This document shows positions 25,309 to 45,117 of a stretch of DNA of 64,000 nucleotides, in pieces. The stretch is from NCBI RefSeq assembly GCF_009914755.1, contig NC_060935.1; one strand, written 5' to 3'. The stretch's first letter is position 1. Each line of letters starts with the position of its first letter. The DNA comes from the human T2T-CHM13v2.0 reference genome, Homo sapiens. Both the position numbers and the translations under genes were made by a program. The notes beneath the pieces were generated by a model that saw only the letters and a program-made list of their open reading frames with translations, was not told the origin of the DNA and searched no databases.

Positions 25309-26423
25309 AGCCATCTTAGAATGAACCAATTCTTTGATTTCAGTTCAACTTTTGGGAGTTGGCCAGTGTGGTGAAATACAAAACTTTGGGTCAAGGAAAG
25401 AAAGGACATGGTTTCTTATATATACGTGCATGTGTTCAGTTAAGCCAATCTGCTGGTAATGTGTTTGATTTTAAGAATGCAAATTATATTAAGAGAAAAT
25501 GTCATCCCAACTCGGGCCTTACCCAAACATTATTTTTGAAGAAACATTGTTTTTGAAGAAAAACAGCTGTCATTAAGCTGGACAAGGAGAAAAGAACATA
25601 ACAGAACACTGGCAAACATTGGAACAATTCCAAGTGGAGTTGACAATTAAGAAGCAGATCTCGGATTACCCACGCAAAAATCATGTAACAGAGGTAGCTT
25701 GAAGTAAACTTTAGAAACTTTACCTGGTGTGAGGTCTTCTATGTGCTTACACAATCAAAAACAATCTGGAAATTAGGAGATAAAATACCCTGGAATTTAC
25801 CTTGAAAGTGAGGGTGTTATAATCCCAACTATTTACAGACAGAACTGTCTCATGAGAAAGGTAGATTATGGCCTTGACTTTGGAGAGTGGCCAAATTTTA
25901 ATTTAGTTTGTGGATCACCTTCAGTGCATTTGGCAGATGTAGATCTTTAACTCCCACAGGTGGTTTTAATCAACTCTCCTAGTCAGGAGGGAATGTCTTT
26001 AAGCAGAGAATTAACATGTTCAGGCTTACAGAAATAGATTTGAAATTAATTGGAGAAAACTAAGTTTATAGAGCAGAGAGCATTACCTGCTTGTTTGTTG
26101 GTTGTCTTTCTGTCCTACAAGAATATAAGCTCCATGAGGGAAGGGATCTTCTCCATTGAGTTCACTTTTGTATCCCATTGCCTAGGTCAGTATGAGCGTA
26201 AAGTAGGAGCTCAATAAATATTGAATAAGTGAATGAATGAAACTAACAGGATGAATGGGGCAATGTAATGAACAGCTAGGTTTCTTTTTAAACTCTCAAG
26301 GAACCAGCAGGTGCTTAAGACTGTGTGTTAAGGGAAAAGGATTACTGACATCTGAACTGAGATTTTCCTGATACCTGCCTCCTCCATAGACTTTAGGAGA
26401 GTCATGTGCTCCCCATCCATATT

Positions 26424-26715
26424 ATTATTATTTTTGAGACAGAGTCCCACTCTGTCATTCAGGCTGAAGTGCAGTGGTGCTATCTCGGCTCACTGAAACC
26501 TCCACCTCCCAGGTTCAAGAGATTCTCCTGCCTCAGCCTACCAAGTAGTGGGGACTACAGGCATGTGCCACCACTTCTGGCTAATTTTTGTGTTTTTAGT
26601 AGAGACGGGTTCACCATACTGGCCAGGCTGGTCTCAAACTTCTGACCTTAAGTGATCTGCCCGCCTCAGCCTCCCAAAGTGTGGGAATTACAGGCATGAG
26701 CCACTATGCCCAGCC
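26424..26715 (-). mobile_element. AluS
   Basis: Full dimer. Confidence 0.9.
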
Positions 26716-26867
26716 CCCACCCACATCAGAAAGGGGTTCCTAACACCTTGGGGAGGTGGGCTTAGGAAGTGGGGAGTGTCTTTGAATCACCTAAAATTGC
26801 CTACAACATTTTTAATATGAGTACATATTTGCATATTCTGGAGAGAGGGTCAATGCCTCTAGGCAGG

Positions 26868-27320
26868 ACTGTCTGATAGAACTTTCTGAGATAAAGAAAA
26901 AGGTTCCATATCTGTGCTATCAAATACAGAAGCCACTAACCACTTGTGGCTGCAACTTGAAATCTAGCTATTGTGACTGAAGAACTGAGTCTTAAATTTT
27001 AATTAATTAATTATTTTTGAGATGGGGTCTCACTGTCACTCAGGCTGTAGTGCAGTGGTATGATCTTGGCTTACTGCAACCTCTGCCTCCTTAACTCAAG
27101 TGGTCCTCCCACCTCAGCCTCCTGAGTAGCTGGGACCACAGGTGCACGCCACCACGCCCAGCTAATTCCTTGTATTTTTGATAGTGACAGGATTTTGCCA
27201 TGTTGCCCAGGCTGGTCTCGAACTCCTGAGCTCAAGTGATCCTCCTGCCTCAGCCTTTAATTTAATTTTAAACTTGAATAGCTATAAGTAGTTAGTGCTA
27301 CCATAGTGGACAGCACGGGT
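26868..27320. mobile_element. MER3-like relic interrupted by an AluJ (27013-27256, minus strand)
   Basis: MER3 motifs on both sides of a 5'-truncated Alu. Confidence 0.7.
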
Positions 27321-27765
27321 CTATAGCCTTCGTGAAGATCTCAATGAGGCCAATGATCCTAAGAGGTGAGAAATAAGAATGATGGTTGTTAGAGAAGTTT
27401 TTCCAAAATGATGGCAGAACACAGTGGCCCATTGTTAGGTCACAGCGCCACAGCGCAATGTTAGGAAAGGAGATAAATGTTAGGGCCTTGGACAAAGAAA
27501 ACCATTTGGAAAAGGCATATACAAAGTCTTAAATGGGATGTGAACTCAGCCCATGTGTAAGGAGTAAGACATCCTTCCATTGTCAAGACATCACAGTCCA
27601 TGTTGAATTGGTGGGAGAGTACATGGTGAGGAGGTAGGTTTGTCCCTAAGGGTAGCTAAAGGCAGACAAGTCCTGGGGACATAGAACCAGCTCCTATGTA
27701 TGCAAGGTCCAGGGTCTGCTGTCTGTTCAAGGCTCAGGGAAGAGGAGGCCCCTCTATTTACATAG

Positions 27766-28088
<323 letters not shown>

Positions 28089-29833
28089 ATAAATTTGGAT
28101 TTTTAAAGACAATCTAAGTCTGGGCTTGGCAGAGACAATAAGCTGCTTAGATGAGTGGGAAGGTCAGGGTGGAGAGCAGATCAAACCAGAAATGGCTCAG
28201 AACCAGACATCAAACAGTGCCTAGCCCTGGCAACTGATAAGAACACGGGTGGTAAATAGCATTCAGCAAACAGGCCCCTACCAGAGTGGCTGGTAGAAGA
28301 CTCTAATTTCCAAAACCTTGGGGGAGGGGGCAAGGAAAGGCTGAGCCTGTAGGAACTGAAGGATGGTGCAGAGAGTCAAGACAGGGACTCAGTTATTGGG
28401 ACTGTGGGTTTCCAGGCGGGGGTTTGGACACAAGGTTTTCAGAGCCAGGTCAGGAGTAGCAGGCAGCGTAATCACGTCCTGAATCTCTGAGGCACTTACT
28501 GGTTTGGGACTCCTTAACTTACTGGTTTGGGAACTCCTTAACTATTTGCTGACAGGTGCCAGGCTTGTCTCAGAATCTGGGATGAAGTGGGGCTTCCATA
28601 GCTCCTCCTGCAAGGGTTAGAGAGTCACTAAGCAGGGAGCACAGAGATGATTTCAAAAGCATTGCTTGCTACATCGCGGTATTATGAAAACCATCTGGGT
28701 TGTTCTTTGGACACTTAACATAATATGCCTGAGAACAGGTGATAACTTAAATGAGTCGTTTTCAAATTGCCGAGTTGAGAAATCCCTTTTTCCAGTCTTA
28801 CACAGGCCTTGATATGAAATACAAAGAAGCAGAAAGCTTGATTTGGGGTTGTGGGTGGAAGGGTCTAGAGCCAATTCATGAATTTTCAGGCAGCTTCTGA
28901 GAAACTCAGTGGAAGCCCAAAACTTTGCAGAGCTACTGGAAAACCACTGACCAAAAGCCATTGTCAGTTCTTTGACTCACTATGCGGGTTGGTACATCTG
29001 GGGGAGAAATGGGTCAAACATAAGGAAGGAAATACTGTGGAATGCAAGGAAAGCTGAGAAACGTGGTAAACAGGAGTGTTATGGTTAGCAGAGCTGCTTT
29101 GAAGTTGATCAAACAGAACACTCAGTTGTTGAAAAAGAAACCAATGGTGTGGAAACTGTAAAGTCTCCTCCATCCTGTGCAACCTAGATTAGCCCATTCC
29201 TGACACAGGTATTTGTTCTGAATCTCACGACTAAAGAAAAACACAGGCAATTCAAAACAAAGCCCCAAAATGGTTATAAAGAAGAAGAAAAAAATACTTC
29301 CCCAAGGTATGTTCCGCAGGATGGCTAGTCTCATGAGATGGCCTACAAAAAAAAAAAAAAAGAAAAAAGAAAAGAAAAAAAAGAATTGAATTTTGTGGTT
29401 AACTTTGGGAAATTTTGCATTCTGTTTCTCCCTCTACTATACTCATGACCTACAATATTTAAGGCTCTGTTTGTATTTCTTGTAACCCATGCTATCCTGG
29501 TCCTGGGCTTAACTGTGCAGAGAGTTTTTTTTTTTTTTTTTTCAAATACCACAGGCTATTTTAAAGTAACTGGGACTTTTTATTTAACTTGAAGAAGAGA
29601 AGACAATGACTATCTTCTGTGTCTTATGAAGACAATGACACATCTTATGTGTTCGCTCAAGTAGTTGTGATAGGGCAGGACCTTGGACCAAATCCAGATA
29701 GATATTAGGACTGGTCAGTTTCAGTATCTGACCATTGCCCAAAGCTGGAATTTGGTTCTTTTGGACACAATGCGATCCCAAAGGTAGTTCCAAACCTAGG
29801 ACATTGCTTCACAGGAGAAAATCGGGGTAAGTG

Positions 29834-30127
<294 letters not shown>

Positions 30128-30252
30128 AAACCGTTCACAAAGCAAACAAGATAGGTTGTAGGAGGGCTTTCCAACAGGAGCTCTGCCTGTCAGGCAGTTG
30201 GCATCACAAATGTGTTAGCTGGTATCAGAGGAAGCCACTGGGAGCCTGGGAG

Positions 30253-30590
<338 letters not shown>

Positions 30591-30931
30591 GGAGCCTGGG
30601 GTTTAATGGCAAGAATTTTAGGGAAGGGGCTGGCACTTAAGACCACAGAGCTGAATTATGGGACAGAGAATCCAGGGACAACTTGATTGTGGTAGTGTTG
30701 CCATATCCCAGACCTAGATGTTTCATATTCTAGTTATCAATTATCTGCTTAAAAAAAAAACAAAATCAACAATTGTGCTCTTCTACCCTGGTATAGAGAA
30801 TCTATTTCAGCTTTTTAATATTCATCTGATGGTTTTATACAAATCTCAAGTCCCAGGCACCTTTCTTGGAAATACGAATTCAGTAAGTCTGTAATGTGAT
30901 CCGGAGTAAAAATATTTTAAACAAGCATTCT

Positions 30932-31225
30932 GGCTGGGCACAGTGGCTCATGTCTGTAATCCCAGCACTTTGGGAGGCCAAGGCCAGAGGATCACTTGAG
31001 CCCAGGAGTTCAAAACCAGCTTGTCAATATAGCAAGACTCCATCTCTACAAAAGAAAAATACAAAAATCAGGAGGGCGTGGTGTTGGGTGCTTTTAGTCC
31101 TAGCTACTTGGGAGGCTCAGGTGGGAGGATCGCTTGAGCCCAGGAATTGAAGGCTGCAGTGAGCTACGATTGTGTCTCTACACTCTGGGGTGGGACAGAA
31201 TGAGACGCTGTCTCAAACAAACAAA
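30932..31225 (+). mobile_element. AluJ
   Basis: Diverged full dimer. Confidence 0.88.
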
Positions 31226-31756
31226 AATTCCCGGGTGATTCTTATCAGGCAAGTTTGGGAACTAAGACATTTGTTTCTTAAACCTCAAGGCACCCCAAAA
31301 CTGTTTTAAAATGCAAATTCTGTAGCCGTAGAGACTGAGTCCTCATTTGTAACCAGAGGGTCTCAGTTTGATTCAAATGCTTTGGGTCCAGGAAACTTGC
31401 AATTCAATATGCAAGTCCAGGAATTTCAGGTGTTCCCGGCAGGTGGCACTCTCAATCATTTAGCTATGAACTTGCACCTAAGAAGCCATTTTTTAAAACT
31501 CATGAGCAGGATTTAAAGTAAAAACAAACAAACAAACAAACAAACAACTTTTGAATCTCCCAAGAGGATAGATCTGGAACCACATAACTATTCCTAATGA
31601 TAAATTCTTTAAAAAATCTGAAAATGTCTCTGTCTGCCCTTAAGCAAGGGTGCTTAATATTAGGAATGATTGTAGACAGCTGCAGCACAGGGATGGATGG
31701 CTGAATTGCAGATGGGACTGGAGGAAGTGGTCTTCAGAGTTCAGATAGTAGCCTTT

Positions 31757-34600
<2,844 letters not shown>

Positions 34601-34720
34601 ATAGTAGCTTTTTTAGACTTTTCAATGCATAATTAATTTAAAAACAATCAAGCCTACAAATATAGTGGAGATATGTCTTAATTCAGTAACAAAGGGTAAA
34701 AATTGAGCCCCAATTAGGAC

Positions 34721-35037
<317 letters not shown>

Positions 35038-35133
35038 GGACCTTTTCTTTAAACATTCCAAATCAAAGTAAGGAGTCAAGTCGAAATTGAAGAGGTTTAG
35101 TGGGATTAGGGGTGATCCTATTTCAACAGATGA

Positions 35134-35490
<357 letters not shown>

Positions 35491-36544
35491 TGAAGTTTTC
35501 TGTAAGCCTCCCAGACCCCTCTGCCAACTCTTTGGTCCCATTTCTGCTGTTATCATCGCTCATCACAGTCTAATGTAACTATTGTTTACTTGTCTGTGTT
35601 TCTCCATTTGATTGTGTGCACCTTGAAAGCAGAGGCTATTTCATTTAATTTTGTATCCCTGGTTCCTACTCCGCACAGGCTCTGATTCATGGAAAATATT
35701 TAATATTTTTGTTGAATGAAAGAATGACATTTATCATGTAAAGCTAATAATTTGTTTCACGGGTGTATGTCTTTCTTTCCTACTGTTCTGTGTTTCTTGA
35801 AGACAGAAACACTCTTTCCCCACTAGAGCTTAGTACACTTTAAACCTAGAATAGATAATAAATATTTGTTGGATTAAACTCAGTTGAGTTTAACTGAATT
35901 ATGCAGTACTCATTGATCAAAAATAGAAAGCTCTATTTTCTTTGTAGGGCCACACATATTTTGCTTATGAAGATTCTTGGCAAAGGATGTGTAAATACTC
36001 ACAAAACACCACAATTTGGGACATTTAGAAGACTTTCTCTCTTCAAAACAAGGAAAAGTCACGATCAGGTAGTTAGCTAGAAAAAGGACAGGATTGCAGT
36101 GTGGGACATTATTTAGGCCAGCAATAAGTAAAAGTAACCTCAAACATTTAATCTACAATAAAAAATAACTTAATGAAGTAGCTCTCTCACGTACCTTATA
36201 ACCCCACTATAAAGGCTGTATTTTCCAGGGAGTGAAAGAAAGAGAATCAATGTTCTTTATTCCTGGGCATTATTCGTGTGACATTCTGTAAAGTGATGAC
36301 TCAGGCTATGGCTGTTTAGCAAACATTCTGACTCTTAATGACAAGAGCAAATGCCACGTGACTCATCCCATGAGTCTGGTTATAGCCTGCTTTCTGAAAT
36401 TCTTGAGAAGCAGTTGATGAAATAATACTGATGATGCAACTCTGTCTCTGCTGTCATTTGCTTTTTCAAGGTGTTGAAGAGAGGAAAACAACTGCTCCTT
36501 GTTCAGACTTAGCCTGGAAACTGGTGACTAAAGGGGTGTAGTGA

Positions 36545-36889
<345 letters not shown>

Positions 36890-37137
36890 TAATTTTGAGC
36901 ACCATTTTGTTTCGTTTTCTGTAATCTGATTCCAAGATTTTTTCTAAAAGTTGATAACTGGGGTCTTGGGTTAAATCTAGCAATTCTCCAGGCACGCTGC
37001 ACACCAGAAGAGTTAGGCAAGCCATGTTGAAAGCATTGTACCAATATGCCCAGCACAGGGCCTGCTGCAGAAGCCCTGGTTCATTAGTGTTTGTCATTCA
37101 AGGACTCTACCACTTCATCATCTTGCTTCTCATTCTC

Positions 37138-37446
37138 TTTTCTTTTTTTTTTTTTTTTGAGCCGGAGTCTCACTCTGTCGCCCAGGTTGGCGTGTAGTGG
37201 CGCGATCTCGGCTCACTACAATCTCTGCCTCCTGGGTTCATGCCATTCTCCTGCCTTAGCCTCCTGAGTAGCTGGGACTACAGGCGCCCGCCACCACGCC
37301 CGGCTAATTTTTTTGTATTTTTTCTTTTAGTAGAGACGGGGTTTCACCGTGTTAGCCAGGATGGTCTCGATCTCTTGACCTCGTGATCCACCCTCCTTGG
37401 CCTCCCAAAGTGCTGAGATTACAGGCTTGAGCCACTGCGTCCGCCC
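37138..37446 (-). mobile_element. AluY
   Basis: CCATTCTCCTGCC and CACCGTGTTAGCCAGGATGG diagnostics; TSD CTCATT(C/T)TCTTT. Confidence 0.92.
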
Positions 37447-37469
37447 TCATTTTCTTTGAATAAGAATAT

Positions 37470-37832
<363 letters not shown>

Positions 37833-38064
37833 TCAGCTTGAAGTCCACCAAGATCATGTACAAATTTGCAGCAGGGAACACCCCCATGGTGTCTGGTAAG
37901 CCACACTGAGTGCACGCCAGGTAGAACCCTACCAAGAGTGTACTTAGAGAATTGAGATGTAAATGTTGATATCAGAAAACTATTAGGAAGAAAGAAACAC
38001 CTGGGAAGGTAGTCTGCAACTTATCCCAGGGAGCCTGCCAATCAGGCTTCAAGAAGACATTATA

Positions 38065-38385
38065 GGCCGGGTGCGGTGGCTCATGCCTGTAATCCCAGCA
38101 CTTTGGGAGGCTGAGGCAGGTAGGATCACTTAGGGCCAGGAGTTTGAGACCAGCCTGGCCAACATGGAGAAACCTCATCTCGACTAAAATACAAAATGTA
38201 GCCAGGAGGTGTGGTGGTGCACGCCTGTAATCCCAGCTACTCGGGAGACCGAGGCACGAGAATTTCTTGAACCCAGGAGGCGGAGGTTGCAGTGAGCCAA
38301 GATCTCACCACTGTACTTCCAGCCTGGGTGACAGAAGGAGACTCTGTCTCAAAAAAAGAAAGAAAGAAAGAAAAAGAAGAAGACA
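38065..38385 (+). mobile_element. AluS
   Basis: TSD AAGAAGACATTA. Confidence 0.92.
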
Positions 38386-38611
38386 TTACATTTTAGAGCT
38401 AATAGTCATCCTGTGATAGCCCCCAGCCTGCTGCAGGGGTAAAAGTCTTGGAACTTCAGCCCATGGTACATGCCCTTTTATATAATAAACAATTTATTTT
38501 AGGATACCTTTAGCTTAAAAAAATTGTGGAGGTAGTCCAGAGAGTCTACATAGGCCCTACACCCAGTTTCCCCTATTATTAACATCTTTAAGAAGGATTA
38601 GTATTCATTCT

Positions 38612-39100
38612 TTTTTGTTTATTTATTTTTTATTTTTTTATTACTTTATATTTTTATTTTTTTTATATTTTTATTTTATATTTTATATTTTATATTTTAT
38701 TTTATATTTTATATTTTTATTACTTTAAGTTCTGAGATACATGTGCAGAATGTGAAGGTTTGTTACATAGGTATACAGGTGCCATGGAGGTTTGCTGCAC
38801 CCATCAACCCGTCATCTACATTAGGTATTTCTCCTAATGCTATCCCTCCCCTAGCCCCCCACCCCCAACAGGCCCTGGTGTGTGATGTTCCCCTCCCTGT
38901 GTCCATGTGTTCTCATTGTTCAACTCCCACTTATAAGTGAGAACATGCGGTGTTTGGTTTTCTGTTCCTGTGTTAGTTTGCTGAGAATGATGGTTTCCAG
39001 CTTCATCTATGTCCCTGCAAAGGACATGAACTCATCATTTTTTATGGCTGCATAGTATTCCATGGTGTATATGTAAGAAAATGTGTCACATATACACCAT
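38612..39100 (-). mobile_element. L1PA 3' fragment with expanded AT-rich tail and tiny 5' inversion
   Basis: L1PA 3'UTR (TACTTTAAGTTCT..ACATGTGCAGAA); TSD CATTCTT. Confidence 0.88.
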
Positions 39101-41760
39101 TCTTCTTTGAATGTTTGATATAATTCACTGTGAAGCCATCTGGTCCTAGGCTTTTCTTTGTTGGAAGATTTTTTTATTACTGATTCAATCTCCTTATTTG
39201 TTATTTGTTTGTTCAGCCTATTTATTCTTGGTTCGGTTTTTGTAGGTGGTATATTACTAAGAATTTATTGATTTCTTCTAGGTTATCCAATTTGTTGGCA
39301 TATAATTGTTCATAATAGTCTTTTATAATCCTTTTTGTTTCTGAGGCACCCTTTGTGATGTCTCCTCTTTCATTTCTGGGTTTATCTGAGTCTCTCTCTC
39401 TCTCCCCTCTCTTTTTCTTTGTTAGTCTAACTAAGGGTTTGTCAATTTTATCTTTTCAAAAACCCGACTCTTAGTTGTGTTGATTTTTTCTATTGTTTTT
39501 CTACTCTATTCATTTCTGCTCTAATCTTTATTGTTTCATTCTGCTAACTTTAGGCTTAGTGTTGCTCTTTTTTTAGTTCCTCAAAGTTTAAAGTTAGGTG
39601 AGTTATTCAAGATTTTCTTCATTAACATAGATATTAATCACTATTAACCACCCTGTAAGTTCTGCTATTGCTGCATCTCATAAGTTTTGGTATGTTGTGT
39701 TTTCATTTTCATTTGTCTTGAGATATTTTAAAAATTAACTTTGATTTCCTCTTTGACCCAACGGTTGTTCATGAGTGTATTGTTAATTTCCACATATTTG
39801 TGAATGTTCCCATTTTCTTTCTGTTGCTGATTTCTAGTTTCATTCCATTGTGGTCCAAAAAATGCCTGGAATGATTTCAATCTTCTTAAATTTGCTAAGT
39901 CTTGTTTTGTAACTAATATGTGATCTATCATGGAGAATGCGTTGTGTATACCTGAGAAGAATGTTTATTCTGCTGTTGGATAGTTCTGTATATATGTCTG
40001 TTAGGTCCATTTGGTCTAATGTGTTGTTCAAGTTAGTTTTCTTTTCAAGTTTCTTTATTGATTTTCAATCTGGATGTTCTGTTATTGAAAGAAGGATATT
40101 AAAGTTCTACTATTATTGTATTGCTGTTAATTTCTCCTTTTGGGTCTGTCAATATGTGCATATATATTTAGGTACTCTGATGTAGAGTGTGTACAGTATT
40201 TATAATTATTACATGTTTCTGTTAACTGTGCTTTTGTCATCATATAATGACCTCATCTATCTCTAGAAACAGTTTTATCTATCTATCTATCATCTATCTA
40301 TCTATCTATCTGTCTATATCAGTCTATTTTGTCTGATATAAGTATAACCAACCCTCTTCTCTTTTGGTTACCATTTGCATGGAATATATTTTTTCATTCC
40401 TTCACTTTCAGCCCATGTGTGTCCTTAAATCTAAAGTGAGTCTCTTGCAGTCCTTTTACATTTAAAGTAAATTGGTAAGTGAGGACTTACTATTGCCATC
40501 TTGTTGTTTCTGTTTGCTTGTTTTGCAGTTATTTTGTTCTCTTCCTTACTTTCTATCTTCTTTTGTTATTTGGTGATTTTTTCTTTGTTTTGGCAGTGAT
40601 TTACTTGGATTCTTTTCTTTTTATCTTTTGTGCACCTATTATTTTTTTTCTTTGTGTTTACCTCAAAGCTGGAATCGAATATCTTGTAGCTATATCTGCA
40701 TATTTTATGTTTGTAACAATTTAACTTTAATTACATACAAAAACTATACACTTTTGCCCCTGCCACATACATACATATTTTTGTTCTTGTAGCCAGAGTT
40801 TATTTCTTTTTATATTGTGTATCCATTAACAGGTATTTGTGGTTATAGTTGTGCCTTTTTTTTTTTTTGATACAGAATCTTGTTCTGTCACCCAGGCTGG
40901 AGTGCAGTGACATGATCGTGGCTCACTGCAACCTTTGCCTCCCAGGTTCAAGTGATTCTTGTGCCCCAGCCACTTGAGTAGCTGGGATTACAGACGTGTG
41001 CCACCATACCCAGATAATTTTTGTAGTTATAGTAGAGATGGGGTTTCACCAAGTTGGCCAGGCTTGTCTTGAACTCCTGGCCTCAACTGATCTACCCACC
41101 TCAGCCTCCCAAAATGCTGGGATTTTAAGCATGAGCTGCCATACCTGCCCCGGTTATATTTATTCTAAATATTTTTTGTCTTTTAACTTTGATATTAGGG
41201 TTAAAAGTAATTTATGCAATGCCATTACATTGATACATTATTCTGTATTTGTCTATATATTTACCTGAAGTCAATGCCTGGCTTCAAACAACAGGCTGAC
41301 TCTCTTGTTAGGGGCTAATGCAGCTCATGACTTTAAAGGGAAGCCAATGCTCATTTACCATTCTGAAAATCCTAGGGCCCTTAAGAGTTATGCTAAATCC
41401 ACTCTCTGCCTGTGCTCTATAAATGGAACAATAAATCCTGGATGACAGTATATCTGTTTAGAGCATGGTTTACTGAATATATAGACAGTGAGATATGTGC
41501 TTTCATATGCTCTCATGTTGCTGTTTATCATGTTTTCATTTCAATTTAAATAACTCCCTTAAGCATTTCTTACAAGACAGATCTAGTGGTGACAAACTGT
41601 CTCAATTTTTGTTTGTCTGAAAAAAAGTTTATCTTTCTTTCTTTTTTAAGGATAGTTTTGCTAGGTATAATATTCTTGGTTGACAATTTTTTTTCTTTCT
41701 CAGTACTTTAAATATAACATCTCACTCTTTCCTGGCCTGCAAGGCTTCTGCTGAGAAATC
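39101..41760 (-). mobile_element. Old L1M relic (ORF2 endonuclease and upstream region) with nested Alu (40855-41152), (TCTA)n (40277-40316) and a Tigger1 fragment
   Basis: Peptides LDQMDLTDIY and IDHIL; T-rich antisense L1 composition. Confidence 0.8.
41267..41480 (+). mobile_element. Isolated internal Tigger1 fragment, paralogous to 43009-43228
   Basis: Direct alignment within the window. Confidence 0.85.
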
Positions 41761-41761
41761 C

Positions 41762-43936
<2,175 letters not shown>

Positions 43937-44353
43937 CTATTGGTGTCTGTGCATTTGAAGAAACAGTCACCTCTTTCAAACTTTACAGACTGTCTTTGGT
44001 AGGGAAAGACCTTTATCTGTGGCTGGCATGAGGAAGTAGCTTGATGGGCTCTGGGTGACTCTGGCAGCTGGGGTTACTCTTGGCAAAGACTGCAGGGCCT
44101 TAGCACAATGACTGCTGGGGTCCTCGATGGTGAAGCCTGCCAAGTCCTTTTGCTCTCTTTTTTTCCCAACTGGGGGACTCACAGCAGAAGAAATTCTTCT
44201 TCACTGGGCTCTGCTTGTCTGGGGAATGAGGTGAATGCAGGCAAAACGCTTCCTACCGTATTCTATGTGGGTGTTCTCAGTTCTTTTAGATTGCTGCATC
44301 TTCTTAATTGTACTCCAGAGCTTTCCTGGGGCTATATTTGTCTATGGAGCTTA

Positions 44354-44358
<5 letters not shown>

Positions 44359-44392
<34 letters not shown>
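44359..44392. repeat. T34 homopolymer
   Basis: Direct read. Confidence 0.95.
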
Positions 44393-44393
<1 letters not shown>

Positions 44394-44839
44394 TGGCAGG
44401 ACAAGGGCTATGACCTCCTAGATTACTACACTGCTAATGTCACTTAGAACATGCACCTTTGATCAAGTTTAATCTTTAGCAGGTAGGACTGAAACCCAAA
44501 GCCACAAAAAGCAACTGAGCTGGGAGATATCTATTACAGCCATTGCCTCTAAATCTGACTATGAGAAAAGCATTTCAAATATCACATGACTTAACTTATT
44601 GGAATTTGTGGTAAAGAAATAAGAATGAGCACAAATATTTAGCAACAAAATCAATTGCAGTATTGTTAGTAATTATAAAAAGATATAAACATGTAACTGT
44701 CTAACAATGGCAGATTGTTAAAAATAAGTAAATATCCATATAGTGGAATAATATGGAGCCATTTAAAGTGATGCAGAAATATATCTTTTGTCTTGAAATA
44801 TGTTTATGATAATTAGGTGAAAAAAGCAAATCACAGAAA

Positions 44840-45117
44840 TGTTTTTTGTTTGTTTGTTTTTGAGACGGAGTCTCGCTCTGTCACCCAGGCTCACTGCAAC
44901 CTCCACCTCCCGAATTCAAATGATTCTCTTGGCTCAGCCTCCCAAGTAGCAGGGAATACAGGCATGCACCACCACATCCAGCTAATTTTTGTATTTTTAG
45001 TTGAGATGGGGTTTCACCATGTTGGCTGGCTGGTTTCGAACTCCTGACCTCAAGTGATCTGCCTGCCTCAGCCTCCCAAATTGCTGAGATTACAGGTATG
45101 AGCCACTGCTCCCAGCC
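44840..45117 (-). mobile_element. AluS with a small internal deletion
   Basis: CCAGGCT joined directly to CACTGCAACC. Confidence 0.9.

Noticed and set aside
28496-28543. Short direct repeats (also near 4711-4752, 25524-25559, 45614-45657 and 55811-55854) as a CRISPR-like or functional array
   Set aside because: Only two copies each; ordinary slippage micro-duplications in eukaryotic DNA.
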